From the NCBI GenBank assembly GCA_021821785.1, contig JAKACD010000001.1, positions 125,495-189,494 of the forward strand: a stretch of DNA of 64,000 nt. Reading direction: 5' to 3'. This DNA is from Thermoplasmata archaeon. Lineage in GTDB: Archaea; Thermoplasmatota; Thermoplasmata; Lutacidiplasmatales; UBA184. A program made the position numbers and the translations under genes. Each line of letters opens with the position of its first letter. The stretch's first letter is position 1. The notes beneath the pieces are model-generated. The model was given only the letters and a program-made list of their open reading frames with translations. It did no database searches and was not told the DNA's origin. This document shows positions 44,945 through 54,247 of the stretch, one piece after another.

Positions 44945-45736
44945 CTAACCGGAAGTCCGGCCCCCGGCGTCGCTCGCGAACGAAGTGGGCGCCCCCGTCC
45001 GGGCCTCCCGAGCGACGTCGAACCGCTTCTGGATGAGGAACAGTAGGTTCCCGAGCCCGTCGCGCCAGCTCGAGAGCTTCGGCGGGCCCCAGCGTTCCCC
45101 GTACCGGATCGGGATCTCGAGCATGCGGAGCCCCCGGAGCGCGACCTCGATCTTGAGCTCCTCACTGAACGCCATCCCATCCTGCGTCAGGTGGACCCGC
45201 TCGAGCACTCCCCGACGGAAGACCCAGAATCCGCTCTGACTGTCGGCGAGCCGTCGGCCGGGGACGTCCCGGAGGTACCGGTGATAGGCGAGGGCGACGA
45301 AGGTGTTCAGGACCCGGTTGCCGATCCGATGCTCCGTGGTCATCGCGGTGCGATCGATATACGCCATCCGGTTCCCGGTCAGGAAGTCGAGCCCCTCTTC
45401 CTGGAGCCGCCGGACCAGCCGCGGCACCGTCTCGACGGGGTACGTCGCGTCCCCGTCCGCGGTCGCGATGACGTCCCCCCACGCCGCGGCGAACCCGGTC
45501 TTGTACGCCCGCCCGTACCCTCGGCGCCGCTCGATGATCACCCGAGCGCCCTCGCGCTCGGCGATCGCGGCCGTCCCATCGGCCGAGGCACCGTCCACGA
45601 CCAGCACCTCCCATTCGATCGGGTCGCCTTGGAAGACCGTGGCGTTCGCCTCGGCGGCCGCGGTCCGGAACAGCCGGATCACGTGCGCGATGGACGCCGC
45701 CTCGTTGAGCGTGGGGATGACCAGGGAAGCACGCAT
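44945..45736 (-). CDS. family 2 glycosyltransferase (dolichyl-phosphate sugar synthase-like)
   Basis: Contains SLVIPTLNEAASI, VVDGASADGT and ADGDATYP (DxD). Confidence 0.85.
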   Translation of the reverse strand: MRASLVIPTLNEAASIAHVIRLFRTAAAEANATVFQGDPIEWEVLVVDGASADGTAAIAEREGARVIIERRRGYGRAYKTGFAAAWGDVIATADGDATYPVETVPRLVRRLQEEGLDFLTGNRMAYIDRTAMTTEHRIGNRVLNTFVALAYHRYLRDVPGRRLADSQSGFWVFRRGVLERVHLTQDGMAFSEELKIEVALRGLRMLEIPIRYGERWGPPKLSSWRDGLGNLLFLIQKRFDVAREARTGAPTSFASDAGGRTSG

Positions 45737-45763
45737 AGGAGACCAAAGACGAACCGCCGGCCG

Positions 45764-45769
45764 TTTAAA
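45764..45769. promoter_or_regulatory. palindromic TTTAAA box shared by the divergent GT2 and archease genes
   Basis: It lies 28-33 nt from the GT2 ATG (45736). It lies 24-29 nt from an ACG at 45793 that is in frame with the archease gene. Confidence 0.45.
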
Positions 45770-45858
45770 CTCTCCCGCCCCTCCCGAGCTCCACGATCGC
45801 GACCCCGGTTCCGAGGCGGCCCGTCCGACGGTGGGGGAGCTTCCCCACCACCGCCGAC

Positions 45859-46239
45859 GTGGGGATATGGGCGACCGGGGCCGGTGCGGCGGAGCTCTTC
45901 GAAGCGCTCGGCCTCGGGCTGTACGCGCTCATGACGGACCTGCGCAAGGTCCGGCCGTCGCAGGAGCGCGCGGTGAGCGCCTCCGGAGAGGATGCCCCGG
46001 CGCTCGTGGTCGCCTACCTGACCGAGCTGCTCCAGCTCAAGGAGGCGGACGGGTTCCTGGCCCGGCAGGTGCACGTCCGTCCGTTGGGGGATCCCCCGAC
46101 CGCGCTCGTGGCGAGCCTCCGGGGCGAGCCGTTCGACCCCGCGCGGCACGTCGCCCACGTCGACGTGAAGGCGGTGACGTTCCACGAGCTCGAGTTCGAC
46201 CCTTCGCGGGGCCGTGCCCGGGTCATCGTCGACATCTAG
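45859..46239 (+). CDS. archease (minimal model from the first canonical start; the conserved N-terminus continues upstream)
   Basis: Contains GAGAAELFEALGLGLYALM and DVKAVTFHELEF. The in-frame upstream codons 45832-45858 read WGSFPTTAD, matching the archease W..YEHTAD motif. Confidence 0.85.
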   Translation: MGIWATGAGAAELFEALGLGLYALMTDLRKVRPSQERAVSASGEDAPALVVAYLTELLQLKEADGFLARQVHVRPLGDPPTALVASLRGEPFDPARHVAHVDVKAVTFHELEFDPSRGRARVIVDI

Positions 46240-46270
46240 CGCGCGCCCGCCGGGCGCCGCCGGTCCGGGC

Positions 46271-47407
46271 CTACGGCATCCGCTCCACGATGGCGCGGAC
46301 GGCCGCCCCGGGTTCCTTCCCGCGGCCCGCCTTCGTGAGGACCCGCTCGAGCGCGGCGGTCGTCACGAGGAGGTCCGGCCAGTCGGCGATGCCCATGTGG
46401 CCGACGCGGAAGATCTTCCCGGTCAGGGCTCCCTGGCCTCCCTGGACCAGGACGTTGTACTCCCGCTCGAGGACCTTGCGCAGCTCGGCGTCCCCCATCC
46501 CGTCGGGGTTCTGGACCGCCGTGACGGTATCGGAGGCCCATCGCCGGTCGGGAAAGAGCGAGAGACCGAGCGCGTCGACCGCCGCCCGCATCGCGTCGGC
46601 GAGCCGGTGCGTTCGTTGGAGCCGGCCTTCGAGGCCCTCCTCGCGCAAGAGGACGAGGGCCTCGCGCAGCGCGAGGAACAGCGGCACGGCGGGGGTCCAC
46701 GGCGTGTCGTTCTTCTCGAGGGACTTGAGATGCGCGGCGAGGTCGAGGTAGTAGGCCCCCGGGTGGAGCGCCGCCCGGGCCCGGTCGGAGAGGTGCACGA
46801 GGGCGAGCCCCGCCGGTGCGGCGAGCCCCTTCTGGCTCCCGGCGACCACGGCGTCGATCCCCCAGGCGTCGATCGGGAGCGGGATCCCCGCGACCGCGCT
46901 GATCCCATCCACGAGGAACAGCGCCCCGGACTTCCGGATCGCCGGGGCGATCCGGGACAGGTCGTTCGCGAACCCGGCGCTCGTCTCGTTGTGCACGACG
47001 CAGACGGCGCCGATGTCGCCCTTCTCGAGCTCGGCGACGGCCGCCTCGAACGGGAGCGGGTGGCCCCACGGGGCGGTCAGCGTGGTGACCGTGGGGGAGT
47101 AGCGGCGAACGATCTCGTTGGTCCGCTCCCCGAAGTTCCCGTTCGAGAGCACGAGGGTCCGACGGTCCTTTGGGACGAGGGCGGAATAGACCGCCTCGAG
47201 CCCCGCGGTCCCGCTGCCCGAGAGGATCGCCTGGTGCCCCTTCGCGCCGAAGAGGACCGGGAGGAGCTCGCGGATCTCCGCGACGATCCCGTGGAAGTAG
47301 TCGCCCCGGTGGTTGAGGGACGACATCGACATCGCGCGGAGGACCCGGGGATGGATCCGGACCGGGCCGGCGATGAGGAAGGTCGTCGTCTCGGGGTCGA
47401 ACGTCAT
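46271..47407 (-). CDS. class V PLP aminotransferase (serine-pyruvate / phosphoserine aminotransferase-like)
   Basis: 378 aa. Contains LSGSGTAGLEAV and DAVVAGSQKGLAAPAG (PLP Lys). Confidence 0.88.
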   Translation of the reverse strand: MTFDPETTTFLIAGPVRIHPRVLRAMSMSSLNHRGDYFHGIVAEIRELLPVLFGAKGHQAILSGSGTAGLEAVYSALVPKDRRTLVLSNGNFGERTNEIVRRYSPTVTTLTAPWGHPLPFEAAVAELEKGDIGAVCVVHNETSAGFANDLSRIAPAIRKSGALFLVDGISAVAGIPLPIDAWGIDAVVAGSQKGLAAPAGLALVHLSDRARAALHPGAYYLDLAAHLKSLEKNDTPWTPAVPLFLALREALVLLREEGLEGRLQRTHRLADAMRAAVDALGLSLFPDRRWASDTVTAVQNPDGMGDAELRKVLEREYNVLVQGGQGALTGKIFRVGHMGIADWPDLLVTTAALERVLTKAGRGKEPGAAVRAIVERMP

Positions 47408-48354
47408 GGACGAGCCCCCGGGAGCGCGACCTCGGAGGTCAGGCGCTCGCCCCGCAGCGCGCGCAGCACTTCCTCGACCGTGTCGCTCCCGGCCCGGGCC
47501 TGGGCCTCGGCCGTCGAGGCTCCGAGATGGGGAGTCGCGATCAGGTGCGGGTGCTCGAGCAGCTCTCGGTGCATCGGTGGTTCCTCCTCAAAGACGTCGA
47601 GCGCGGCGCCGGCGAGCTGGCCGGAGTTCAGGGCGGCGACGAGCGCCGTCTGGTCGACGAGCGGACCGCGGGCGACATTAATGAGGAAGCTTCCCCGCTT
47701 CATCCGTCCGAACGCCTCGGCGTTCAGGAGATGGCGGTTCTCGGGGGTCAAGGCCGCATGCACGCTGACGATGTCGGCCCGGCCCAAGAGCTCCGGGAAG
47801 GAGAGGATCTCGGTCGCGTCGACCGCGCGTGGGACGAACGGGTCGTAGGCGACGCACCGCGCTCCGAGCGCGGCGAGGTAGCGGGCCGCGTGGCGCGCGG
47901 TGCGTCCGTATCCCACGAAGCCGACGGTCCGGCCGGCGAGCTCCGCCCCGTGCGTCCCGCGCTCCCAGCGTCCGGCCTTCGTGGAGACGATCAGGGGATG
48001 GAGCCCGCGGACCAGGAGGAGGGCAAAGAGCACCGTGAGCTCGGCGACGCTCTGGGTGGCGGCCGCCGGCGCGTTCACGACCCGGATCCCCCGGGCCCCG
48101 GTCGCGGCCATGTCGATGTTGTCGACCCCGACCCCGGCCCGCGCCACCAGCGCAAGATGCGGGGCCTGGGCCAGGAGGGCGGCCGTGACCTTCGTACGGC
48201 TCCGGACGATGAGGCCCCAAGCTTCCGCGAGGTGCTCGGCGAGGCGGGTCGGGTCGCGGCTCGCGTCGACGACTCGGCAGGGACCCGAGCGGAGGCGCTC
48301 GACCGCCGTGGCGTCGATCGGATCGGCGATCACAACGATCGGAAGTTCGGCCAT
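47404..48354 (-). CDS. serA: D-3-phosphoglycerate dehydrogenase-type 2-hydroxyacid dehydrogenase (short form, no ACT domain)
   Basis: 316 aa. Contains GFVGYGRTARHAARYL, NVARGPLVD and ATPHLGAST. An ATGA overlap joins it to the aminotransferase gene. Confidence 0.85.
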   Translation of the reverse strand: MAELPIVVIADPIDATAVERLRSGPCRVVDASRDPTRLAEHLAEAWGLIVRSRTKVTAALLAQAPHLALVARAGVGVDNIDMAATGARGIRVVNAPAAATQSVAELTVLFALLLVRGLHPLIVSTKAGRWERGTHGAELAGRTVGFVGYGRTARHAARYLAALGARCVAYDPFVPRAVDATEILSFPELLGRADIVSVHAALTPENRHLLNAEAFGRMKRGSFLINVARGPLVDQTALVAALNSGQLAGAALDVFEEEPPMHRELLEHPHLIATPHLGASTAEAQARAGSDTVEEVLRALRGERLTSEVALPGARP

Positions 48355-48405
48355 CGCGACCTCGGACCCGGGCCTCCCAGAAAACCCTTGCCGTCGGACG
48401 GACCG

Positions 48406-49356
48406 CTACCCCGCTTTGGGGACGACCGTTCGCTCGATCGCCGCCCGCACGATCGCCTCGCCCCGGACCCCGCGGATCCAGGGCTCGGGCTTGACAATCA
48501 CCCGGTGCGCGAGCGCCGGAACGGCGAGCGCCTTGACGTCATCGGGGAGGACGAAGTCCCGGCCCTGGAGGAGCGCCCGCGCCCGCGCGACCTTCTGCAG
48601 CGCGAGCGATCCGCGCGGGGAGGCGCCGACCTCGCAGCGGGCGTCGCCCCGCGTGGCCCGGACGAGATCGACCAGGTAGGTGGCCACGGAGGCATCGAGC
48701 TCGACCTCCTCGACCGCCGCCTGGAGCTGTCGGAAGGTCGCGACGTCGCTCACCGGGGCGACCTCGATCGCCTCGGTCTTGCGGGCGCGCCGACGTTCGA
48801 GGACCTGCCGCTCCTCCTCGGGCGTCGGATAGCCGACCTGGAGGCGGAGGAGGAAGCGGTCGACCTGGGCCTCGGGCAGAGGATAGGTTCCCTCGAGCTC
48901 CAGCGGGTTCTCCGTGGCGATGACGAGGAACGGCCGAGGGAGGGGGTAGGTCGACCGCTCGCTCGTGACCTGGTACTCCTGCATCGCCTCGAGGAGGGCC
49001 GATTGGACCTTCGGCGGCGCGCGATTGATCTCGTCCGCGAGCAGGAGGTTCGTGAAGAGCGGCCCCGGCCGGAAGACGAACTCGGACTTCGTCGGGTCGA
49101 GGAGCTCCGCGCCCGTGATGTCGTGGGGAAGAAGGTCGGCGGTGAACTGGATCCGCTGGAACTCGAGCCCCAGCGCCCGGGCGAACGACTTCGCCATCAA
49201 CGTCTTGCCGAGCCCGGGGAGGTCCTCGATCAAGAGGTGGCCGTCCGCGATGAGGCCGGTGAGGACGAGGTCGACGGCCTCGTCCCGGCCGACGATCGCG
49301 GTCGCGACCGCGGCACGGATGCGACCGGCGAGTTCCCTCGCTTCTACCCCGTGCAT
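48406..49356 (-). CDS. MoxR-family AAA+ ATPase
   Basis: The start was trimmed to the ATG at 49356. Contains GHLLIEDLPGLGKT (Walker A), LLADEINRAPPKVQSALLEAM and ATENPLELEGTYPLPEAQVDRF. Confidence 0.92.
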   Translation of the reverse strand: MHGVEARELAGRIRAAVATAIVGRDEAVDLVLTGLIADGHLLIEDLPGLGKTLMAKSFARALGLEFQRIQFTADLLPHDITGAELLDPTKSEFVFRPGPLFTNLLLADEINRAPPKVQSALLEAMQEYQVTSERSTYPLPRPFLVIATENPLELEGTYPLPEAQVDRFLLRLQVGYPTPEEERQVLERRRARKTEAIEVAPVSDVATFRQLQAAVEEVELDASVATYLVDLVRATRGDARCEVGASPRGSLALQKVARARALLQGRDFVLPDDVKALAVPALAHRVIVKPEPWIRGVRGEAIVRAAIERTVVPKAG

Positions 49357-49390
49357 GTCCACCCCCCGGGCGCGCGGCAGTCCCCGACGG

Positions 49391-49396
49391 TATAAG
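49391..49396 (-). promoter_or_regulatory. TATA-like box for the MoxR gene
   Basis: CTTATA on the minus strand, 35-40 nt upstream of the ATG at 49356. Confidence 0.35.
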
Positions 49397-49633
49397 GAAG
49401 GCACTGACCCCGGGCGGACCGGCGCGGCGCCGGTGTTCCCCGGCCGTAACGATCCGCGTCACGGCAGGCCCTCGCCCTCTCGGCGGTCTGACCCCGGCCG
49501 GGGCTGTCGGACACCGGGGTTGTCCTCACGTCATCCTCGGCGGACGACCCGTCCGCATTGAGTCAAGAGGGACCCTTCGTCGGTACCCGGGCACGGCACG
49601 GAGCCGCGCCGACCTGGGAAAGGGATCCCCATC

Positions 49634-50152
49634 CTAAATCGTTGCCTCCTCCCGGTCGAACGCCCCGGGCCGGGCGATGAGGATCGCGAGGGCGACGAGC
49701 GCCCCGGCGAGCAGCCCGCCGGCGACCCCGATCGGGGCGGCCCGCGAGGGGAGGAGGAGGGCACTGGCCCACGCGATCCCCAGGGCGAGCGCCGGGAGCA
49801 ACAGGGTCATTCGGGCGCGCCCGAGACCGCCCGCCGGACGGGTCGGGTCGTCCGCGAGCCAAGCGAGGAACGCAAGCCCGGCCATCCCGGCGAGCAGCTC
49901 CGGGAGGAGGCCGAGCGGGCTCGCGAGCGCGGCGACGAGCAGCGCGGCCAGCGCAGGGACCGGGGCGATCGCCCGAAGCCGCGCCCTCGCTTGGGCCCGC
50001 AGCGCGAGCGCGGCCCCGGTCAGCCCGAGGGCCAACCCGGCTCCGAGCGGGACCGGGAGGGTACCGAAGTAGCCGAACAGCCCGCTCGCGACGAGCAGGA
50101 GCGCCCCCGATACGATTCCGCGAAATCGGGGCGCGGGGGCCGGCGCGCTCAT
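49634..50152 (-). CDS. hypothetical polytopic membrane protein
   Basis: 172 aa, Ala/Leu/Gly-rich with four or five TM helices. Its ATG overlaps the DUF58 stop (ATGA). Confidence 0.5.
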   Translation of the reverse strand: MSAPAPAPRFRGIVSGALLLVASGLFGYFGTLPVPLGAGLALGLTGAALALRAQARARLRAIAPVPALAALLVAALASPLGLLPELLAGMAGLAFLAWLADDPTRPAGGLGRARMTLLLPALALGIAWASALLLPSRAAPIGVAGGLLAGALVALAILIARPGAFDREEATI

Positions 50153-51444
50153 CCAAGCCTCCGGGTCGCCGGTCGCCGCAGGAGCTCGACGAACCGTTCG
50201 AGCGACCAGTAGTCCTCCCAGTCCACGGTCGGCGCCTCCTGCCAGGTCCGGTCCACCTGCGTCCGACGCGCGAGCCGGAGGATCCGCAGCGCGAGCGCCT
50301 CGTCGTCGGCCGGCAGCGTCCCGCGCTCGGCCTCGAGCGGGATCGACGACGGGCTCAGGACGATCGTGGGATAGCCGCGCCGCCGTAGATGCCTCACGAG
50401 GTCGACCGAGCTATCGTCGGCGAGCGTCGAGAAGAGGATCGTCGTGAGTCCCGGAGGGAAGTACCGACTCACCGCGACGGCCCCGCGCTCCGAGGGGACT
50501 CCGGGCGGGCCGAGACGGGCCTTAAGGAGCCGGGAACGCACCCGCATCTCCTGGGCCCGGCCGGCGCCGAGCGGGACCACGCTCAGGAACTCCCCGAAGA
50601 GACCCACCCCGACCCGCGCCTTCTCCCGCAGGAAGGAGGTGGCAATGCCGGCCGCGGCGGCCCGGGAGAGGGCGAGCAGGCGCTCGTCCACCGCCGGGCC
50701 GAGCGAGGAACCGCGGGCATCGAGCAGGAGGAGGACATCCCCCGTGCGGTCGAGAAGGTATTCGTTCGCCAACAGCCGACCGGCCCGACCGCTCGCCCGC
50801 CAGTTGATGTGACGGCTCGGGTCGCCGGGGGCCGCCTCGCGAAGCCCGTAGAACTCCCCCGTCGCACCGACCCGGTGCGACCGTGTCTCCCCCGGCACCG
50901 CGAGGGTGCGGCGGAGGCGGACCGCGCCGATGCGCACGATCTCGGGAGGATGGCGCTCGGCGACGAGCGGAGGCGCCGCGAACTCCGCGGTCCGCTCGAC
51001 TAGGCCGGCGGCATCCCGCCAGACGATCCGGGGGGAAGGGACCAGGGTGATCGTCGGCTCCCGGGCCTGCCAACGGAACTCGAACTCGAGCGACCGATCG
51101 GTGCGACGGATCGACGGCGGTGCGGTCGGCGTAAGGCCTTCGGGGTCGCTCAGCGAGACCTCGAGGTCGAGCGGGTCGGTCCGTTCGTCGACCTCGGCCC
51201 GCCCCTCGAGCACGACCGCCATGAGGCTTCCCGAGAGCGCGCGCTCGACCCGTATCGCGGGGGGACCGCGCGGACCGCCGAAGGCCGCCGCCGGTCCCGC
51301 GAGCAGCAGCGGGAGCGCGAGGAACAGCGGCACCGGGGAACGGACCGCCACCCCCCCCACGAGGAGCGCCCCGCCGGCCGCCAGGAGCAGGAACGCGAGC
51401 GGGGTCCACCGGAGGCCCGCCGCCGGCGGGAGGGCCTCGCTCAC
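50149..51444 (-). CDS. DUF58 (vWA-like) protein with two N-terminal TM helices
   Basis: Contains HINWRASGRAGRLLANEYLLDRTGDVLLLLDARGS, the DUF58 signature. Confidence 0.85.
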   Translation of the reverse strand: MSEALPPAAGLRWTPLAFLLLAAGGALLVGGVAVRSPVPLFLALPLLLAGPAAAFGGPRGPPAIRVERALSGSLMAVVLEGRAEVDERTDPLDLEVSLSDPEGLTPTAPPSIRRTDRSLEFEFRWQAREPTITLVPSPRIVWRDAAGLVERTAEFAAPPLVAERHPPEIVRIGAVRLRRTLAVPGETRSHRVGATGEFYGLREAAPGDPSRHINWRASGRAGRLLANEYLLDRTGDVLLLLDARGSSLGPAVDERLLALSRAAAAGIATSFLREKARVGVGLFGEFLSVVPLGAGRAQEMRVRSRLLKARLGPPGVPSERGAVAVSRYFPPGLTTILFSTLADDSSVDLVRHLRRRGYPTIVLSPSSIPLEAERGTLPADDEALALRILRLARRTQVDRTWQEAPTVDWEDYWSLERFVELLRRPATRRLG

Positions 51445-51857
51445 CCGACCCTCCCTTCGAGCTCATCGAGCCGTCGCGAGAGCTCCGCGCGGAACGCCGC
51501 CGGTTCGAGCCCCACGAGGTGCTCGACCTCCTTCCGGGCGCGCACCGGCAGCGCCGGGTTCCCCCCCCGGCGATCGAGCTGGTCCACGAGCGTGAGGATC
51601 GACTCCCGGCCGAGACGGCCCGAGCGGAACGAGAACCGCAGGTCGACGGAGAACGGGGCTTCGCGGAGCGCCGGAGGCGAGCTCGGTCGGCCGGCCAGCC
51701 ACGTGCGGAGCCCGATCTCCGCGAAGACCAATCCCCCGGCGGCGACCGCGACGACGGCCATCGCGAGGGCGAGCGAGCTCGCGGGATCCGCCCAAATCGC
51801 CAGCGCCGTCGCGATCCCGGCCAGTACCGGCAGGAGCCAGCCGAACGGACGCTTCAT
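51441..51857 (-). CDS. small two-TM membrane protein of the MoxR/DUF58 module
   Basis: The start was trimmed to the ATG at 51857 (MKRPFGWLLPVLAGIATALAIW). It has ATGA overlaps at both ends. Confidence 0.55.
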   Translation of the reverse strand: MKRPFGWLLPVLAGIATALAIWADPASSLALAMAVVAVAAGGLVFAEIGLRTWLAGRPSSPPALREAPFSVDLRFSFRSGRLGRESILTLVDQLDRRGGNPALPVRARKEVEHLVGLEPAAFRAELSRRLDELEGRVG

Positions 51858-52774
51858 CGGGTCGCCTCGGTCCGTCGGTCCAGATCCTCGAGCGCGGCCT
51901 CGATCGCCGCGCGGGCCTGGGCCAAGTGATCGGGGCCGAGCGGATGGGAGGAGTACCGCGCCTCCTCGAACAGACGGGTGAGGGTTTCCGCCGCGGACGG
52001 ACGGATGCCGAGCCCGAGGAGGTGACGGGCACGGATCTCCTCCGGGGTTTCGGCGTCGACCCATCCCAGCACGGGAGAGAGCCGGCCCAGGAACTGCCCG
52101 TAAAGTCGGACGATCACCTCCCGCGGGTCCTCCCCGAGATCGAGCTGACGGACCGCGCCCTGGAGGGCGCCCCGGACCCGGTCGATCGTGGCGGCCTCGG
52201 ACCGACGCTGGCTCCGCTCCGACCGTCGAGTATAGAGCGCGGTCCGCGCGGCCGGCAGGGCGACCGCCGCCGCGAACACCACGACGACCGCGACGACGGC
52301 AAAGAGCGCCCAACCGGGCAGGGCGGGGATCAGGAACGGGGTCACGTTGGTGACCGGGGTGAGATTCGTCGAGCCGTTCGGCGACGGCGGCGGGGTCACC
52401 GTCGAATTCCCGCCGGTACCGACCGCGCCGGTCGGGGCCACCCCCGCTCCGTTGAACGCACGGAGAACGACGAGGAAGAGGAGGAGGATGAGAAGCACGA
52501 CGAGAAAGTTGACCACGAAACGATGAGGGATCCCGGTCGATCCGCCCGTGAGCCGCTGGTAGAGGAACAGGGCGATCACGACACCGAAGAACGCGAGCGA
52601 CCCATACCCGACCCACGCGCTCGGGACGACCAGTTGGCTCACCTTGACGGGCGGGCCGCTCGGCCCGGTCGCCGCCCCGAGGATCAGGCTCGCCGCCGCG
52701 CCCACCGCGAGCGCGACCAGGAGGACGACCACAAGGACGCGCGAGGCGCGGTCCGGACTCCGGGCGGCGGACAA
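51854..52774 (-). CDS. DUF4129-domain membrane protein
   Basis: 306 aa with an N-terminal TM, several further TMs and four N-x-S/T sequons (by my count) in the loops. The C-terminal segment is EEIRARHLLGLGIRPSAAETLTRLFEEARYSSHPLG, a DUF4129-like helix pair. Confidence 0.7.
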   Translation of the reverse strand: MSAARSPDRASRVLVVVLLVALAVGAAASLILGAATGPSGPPVKVSQLVVPSAWVGYGSLAFFGVVIALFLYQRLTGGSTGIPHRFVVNFLVVLLILLLFLVVLRAFNGAGVAPTGAVGTGGNSTVTPPPSPNGSTNLTPVTNVTPFLIPALPGWALFAVVAVVVVFAAAVALPAARTALYTRRSERSQRRSEAATIDRVRGALQGAVRQLDLGEDPREVIVRLYGQFLGRLSPVLGWVDAETPEEIRARHLLGLGIRPSAAETLTRLFEEARYSSHPLGPDHLAQARAAIEAALEDLDRRTEATR

Positions 52775-52810
52775 CGGAAGCCTCTCCGCCCCCGCAGGCG
52801 GCGCGGTCGC

Positions 52811-53572
52811 TTATACGCTTCCGGCCGCCCGCTTCGGAGAGAGCAGGTAGAAGCTCCGGCGCTGGTGCTCCGCGGTAATCACCGCGAAATCATCCACCTC
52901 GTACCCCAGGTCGACGGCGGCCCGGAAGGCGTCGCGGACCGCGTGGCGCCATCTGCGGAGGCTTCCCGGGTCGTGCTCGCGCACCGCGGCCAGGTCGAAC
53001 GGCACCTCGAGATGGGCGCTCGACCCGCTCGGTTCGGCGACGACGGTCGGCACGGGCAGGCCCGCGTCGCCCGTCTCGGTCTCAACGATCGCGCTCGACC
53101 GCTCCCAGCGGCGATGCTCCTCCTCCGGCGTCGGCCGCTGCCCCGCGAGCCGCGACTCGACGGTCGGGTCCGTGAGCGCCCACCGGTAGCGGACCCGGTC
53201 GGTCTCGCTGCCGAGGTTGACCGTGTCGCCGAGCTGGCCGAAGTAATGGGGGAGATAGTGGTCGGGCCGGGCCCCGAGCCGTCGCACGAAGAGCCAGGCG
53301 TTCCGGCTCTGCAGGGGGTCGAAGACACCCCGGATCTCCGAAAGCCCGAGCTTCAGCACCTCGTCGCGCTGGAACGCCTTCAGGCGGAACCCAAGGTGAT
53401 GGTTCTGGTACTCCGGTCGGACCGCGGTGAGGTGGGAGACGTGGTAGAGGGTCCCGCCGTCCCAGCCGATGAACGACGCCGTGACGCCGGCGAGGTGGAT
53501 GTCGACGAACGCGCCGAGCGCCAAGCCCCCGTTGTCCTGCAGGACCCGGAGGAGCGGCGGGGGCACGCCCAC
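52811..53572 (-). CDS. GNAT-like acetyltransferase-fold protein (COG3375-like); conserved sequence continues upstream of this first canonical start
   Basis: Contains GGLALGAF...HLTAVRPEYQNHHLGFRLKAFQRDEVL. The frame stays open 37 more codons upstream with plausible protein sequence (FTFRRLEKPEEFRQVDELHHAVWG). Confidence 0.6.
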   Translation of the reverse strand: MGVPPPLLRVLQDNGGLALGAFVDIHLAGVTASFIGWDGGTLYHVSHLTAVRPEYQNHHLGFRLKAFQRDEVLKLGLSEIRGVFDPLQSRNAWLFVRRLGARPDHYLPHYFGQLGDTVNLGSETDRVRYRWALTDPTVESRLAGQRPTPEEEHRRWERSSAIVETETGDAGLPVPTVVAEPSGSSAHLEVPFDLAAVREHDPGSLRRWRHAVRDAFRAAVDLGYEVDDFAVITAEHQRRSFYLLSPKRAAGSV

Positions 53573-53739
53573 CGTTCCCTGCGGTCCCCAGACCGCATGA
53601 TGGAGCTCGTCGACCTGGCGGAACTCCTCGGGCTTCTCCAGCCGCCGAAAGGTGAATCCGTCGCCCTTAACCGGCGCGCTCGTGGGTCCCCTCCCGCGCG
53701 GACCGGACCGCGGTACTTAACGCGGACGACAGCGGAGCG

Positions 53740-54165
53740 TCAGCGGCGGACGCGCAGCTCCGCGCACTTGTCCTCATAGCGACGCTCGTCCAGAGGCGTG
53801 AGGTCCCAGAGGAGCCGCTCGAGCTCGGGAATGTTGCGGAGGAACTCGGCCTTGCTCTTCGTCACCATCAGGCGCTCGAACTGGTGCCGGGCGTTGTAGT
53901 ACGCGCCGACGAGGTAGGCGCCGACGATCACGATGATCGGCCCGAGGATCACGAAGAGGAGATTGTAGTTCGTAGTCGGCTGGGCGGTCATTCCGTTGAT
54001 CGCCGGGAACGGTCCGGAGTTCGCGAGCGGCGTGAAGTAGCCGGCCGCGAGGACCGTAAGGAACGACCCGACCGCGAGGACGAAGACCGAGATCGCGGCG
54101 CGGTACGTGCGCAGCGCGTAGCGGAACCGCCGAGAGAACGGCACGGGTTCGGGCGTGGAAGGCAT
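53740..54165 (-). CDS. hypothetical two-TM membrane protein
   Basis: 141 aa with an ATG start, two TM helices and a charged helical C-terminus. Confidence 0.55.
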   Translation of the reverse strand: MPSTPEPVPFSRRFRYALRTYRAAISVFVLAVGSFLTVLAAGYFTPLANSGPFPAINGMTAQPTTNYNLLFVILGPIIVIVGAYLVGAYYNARHQFERLMVTKSKAEFLRNIPELERLLWDLTPLDERRYEDKCAELRVRR

Positions 54166-54247
54166 CCTCTCGGCGGGAGACCGGGCCCTTTATCTCGTTA
54201 CCCCTTGCGGACCCGGCCTTCCCGCCGACGACACGACCGTTCCCGGC

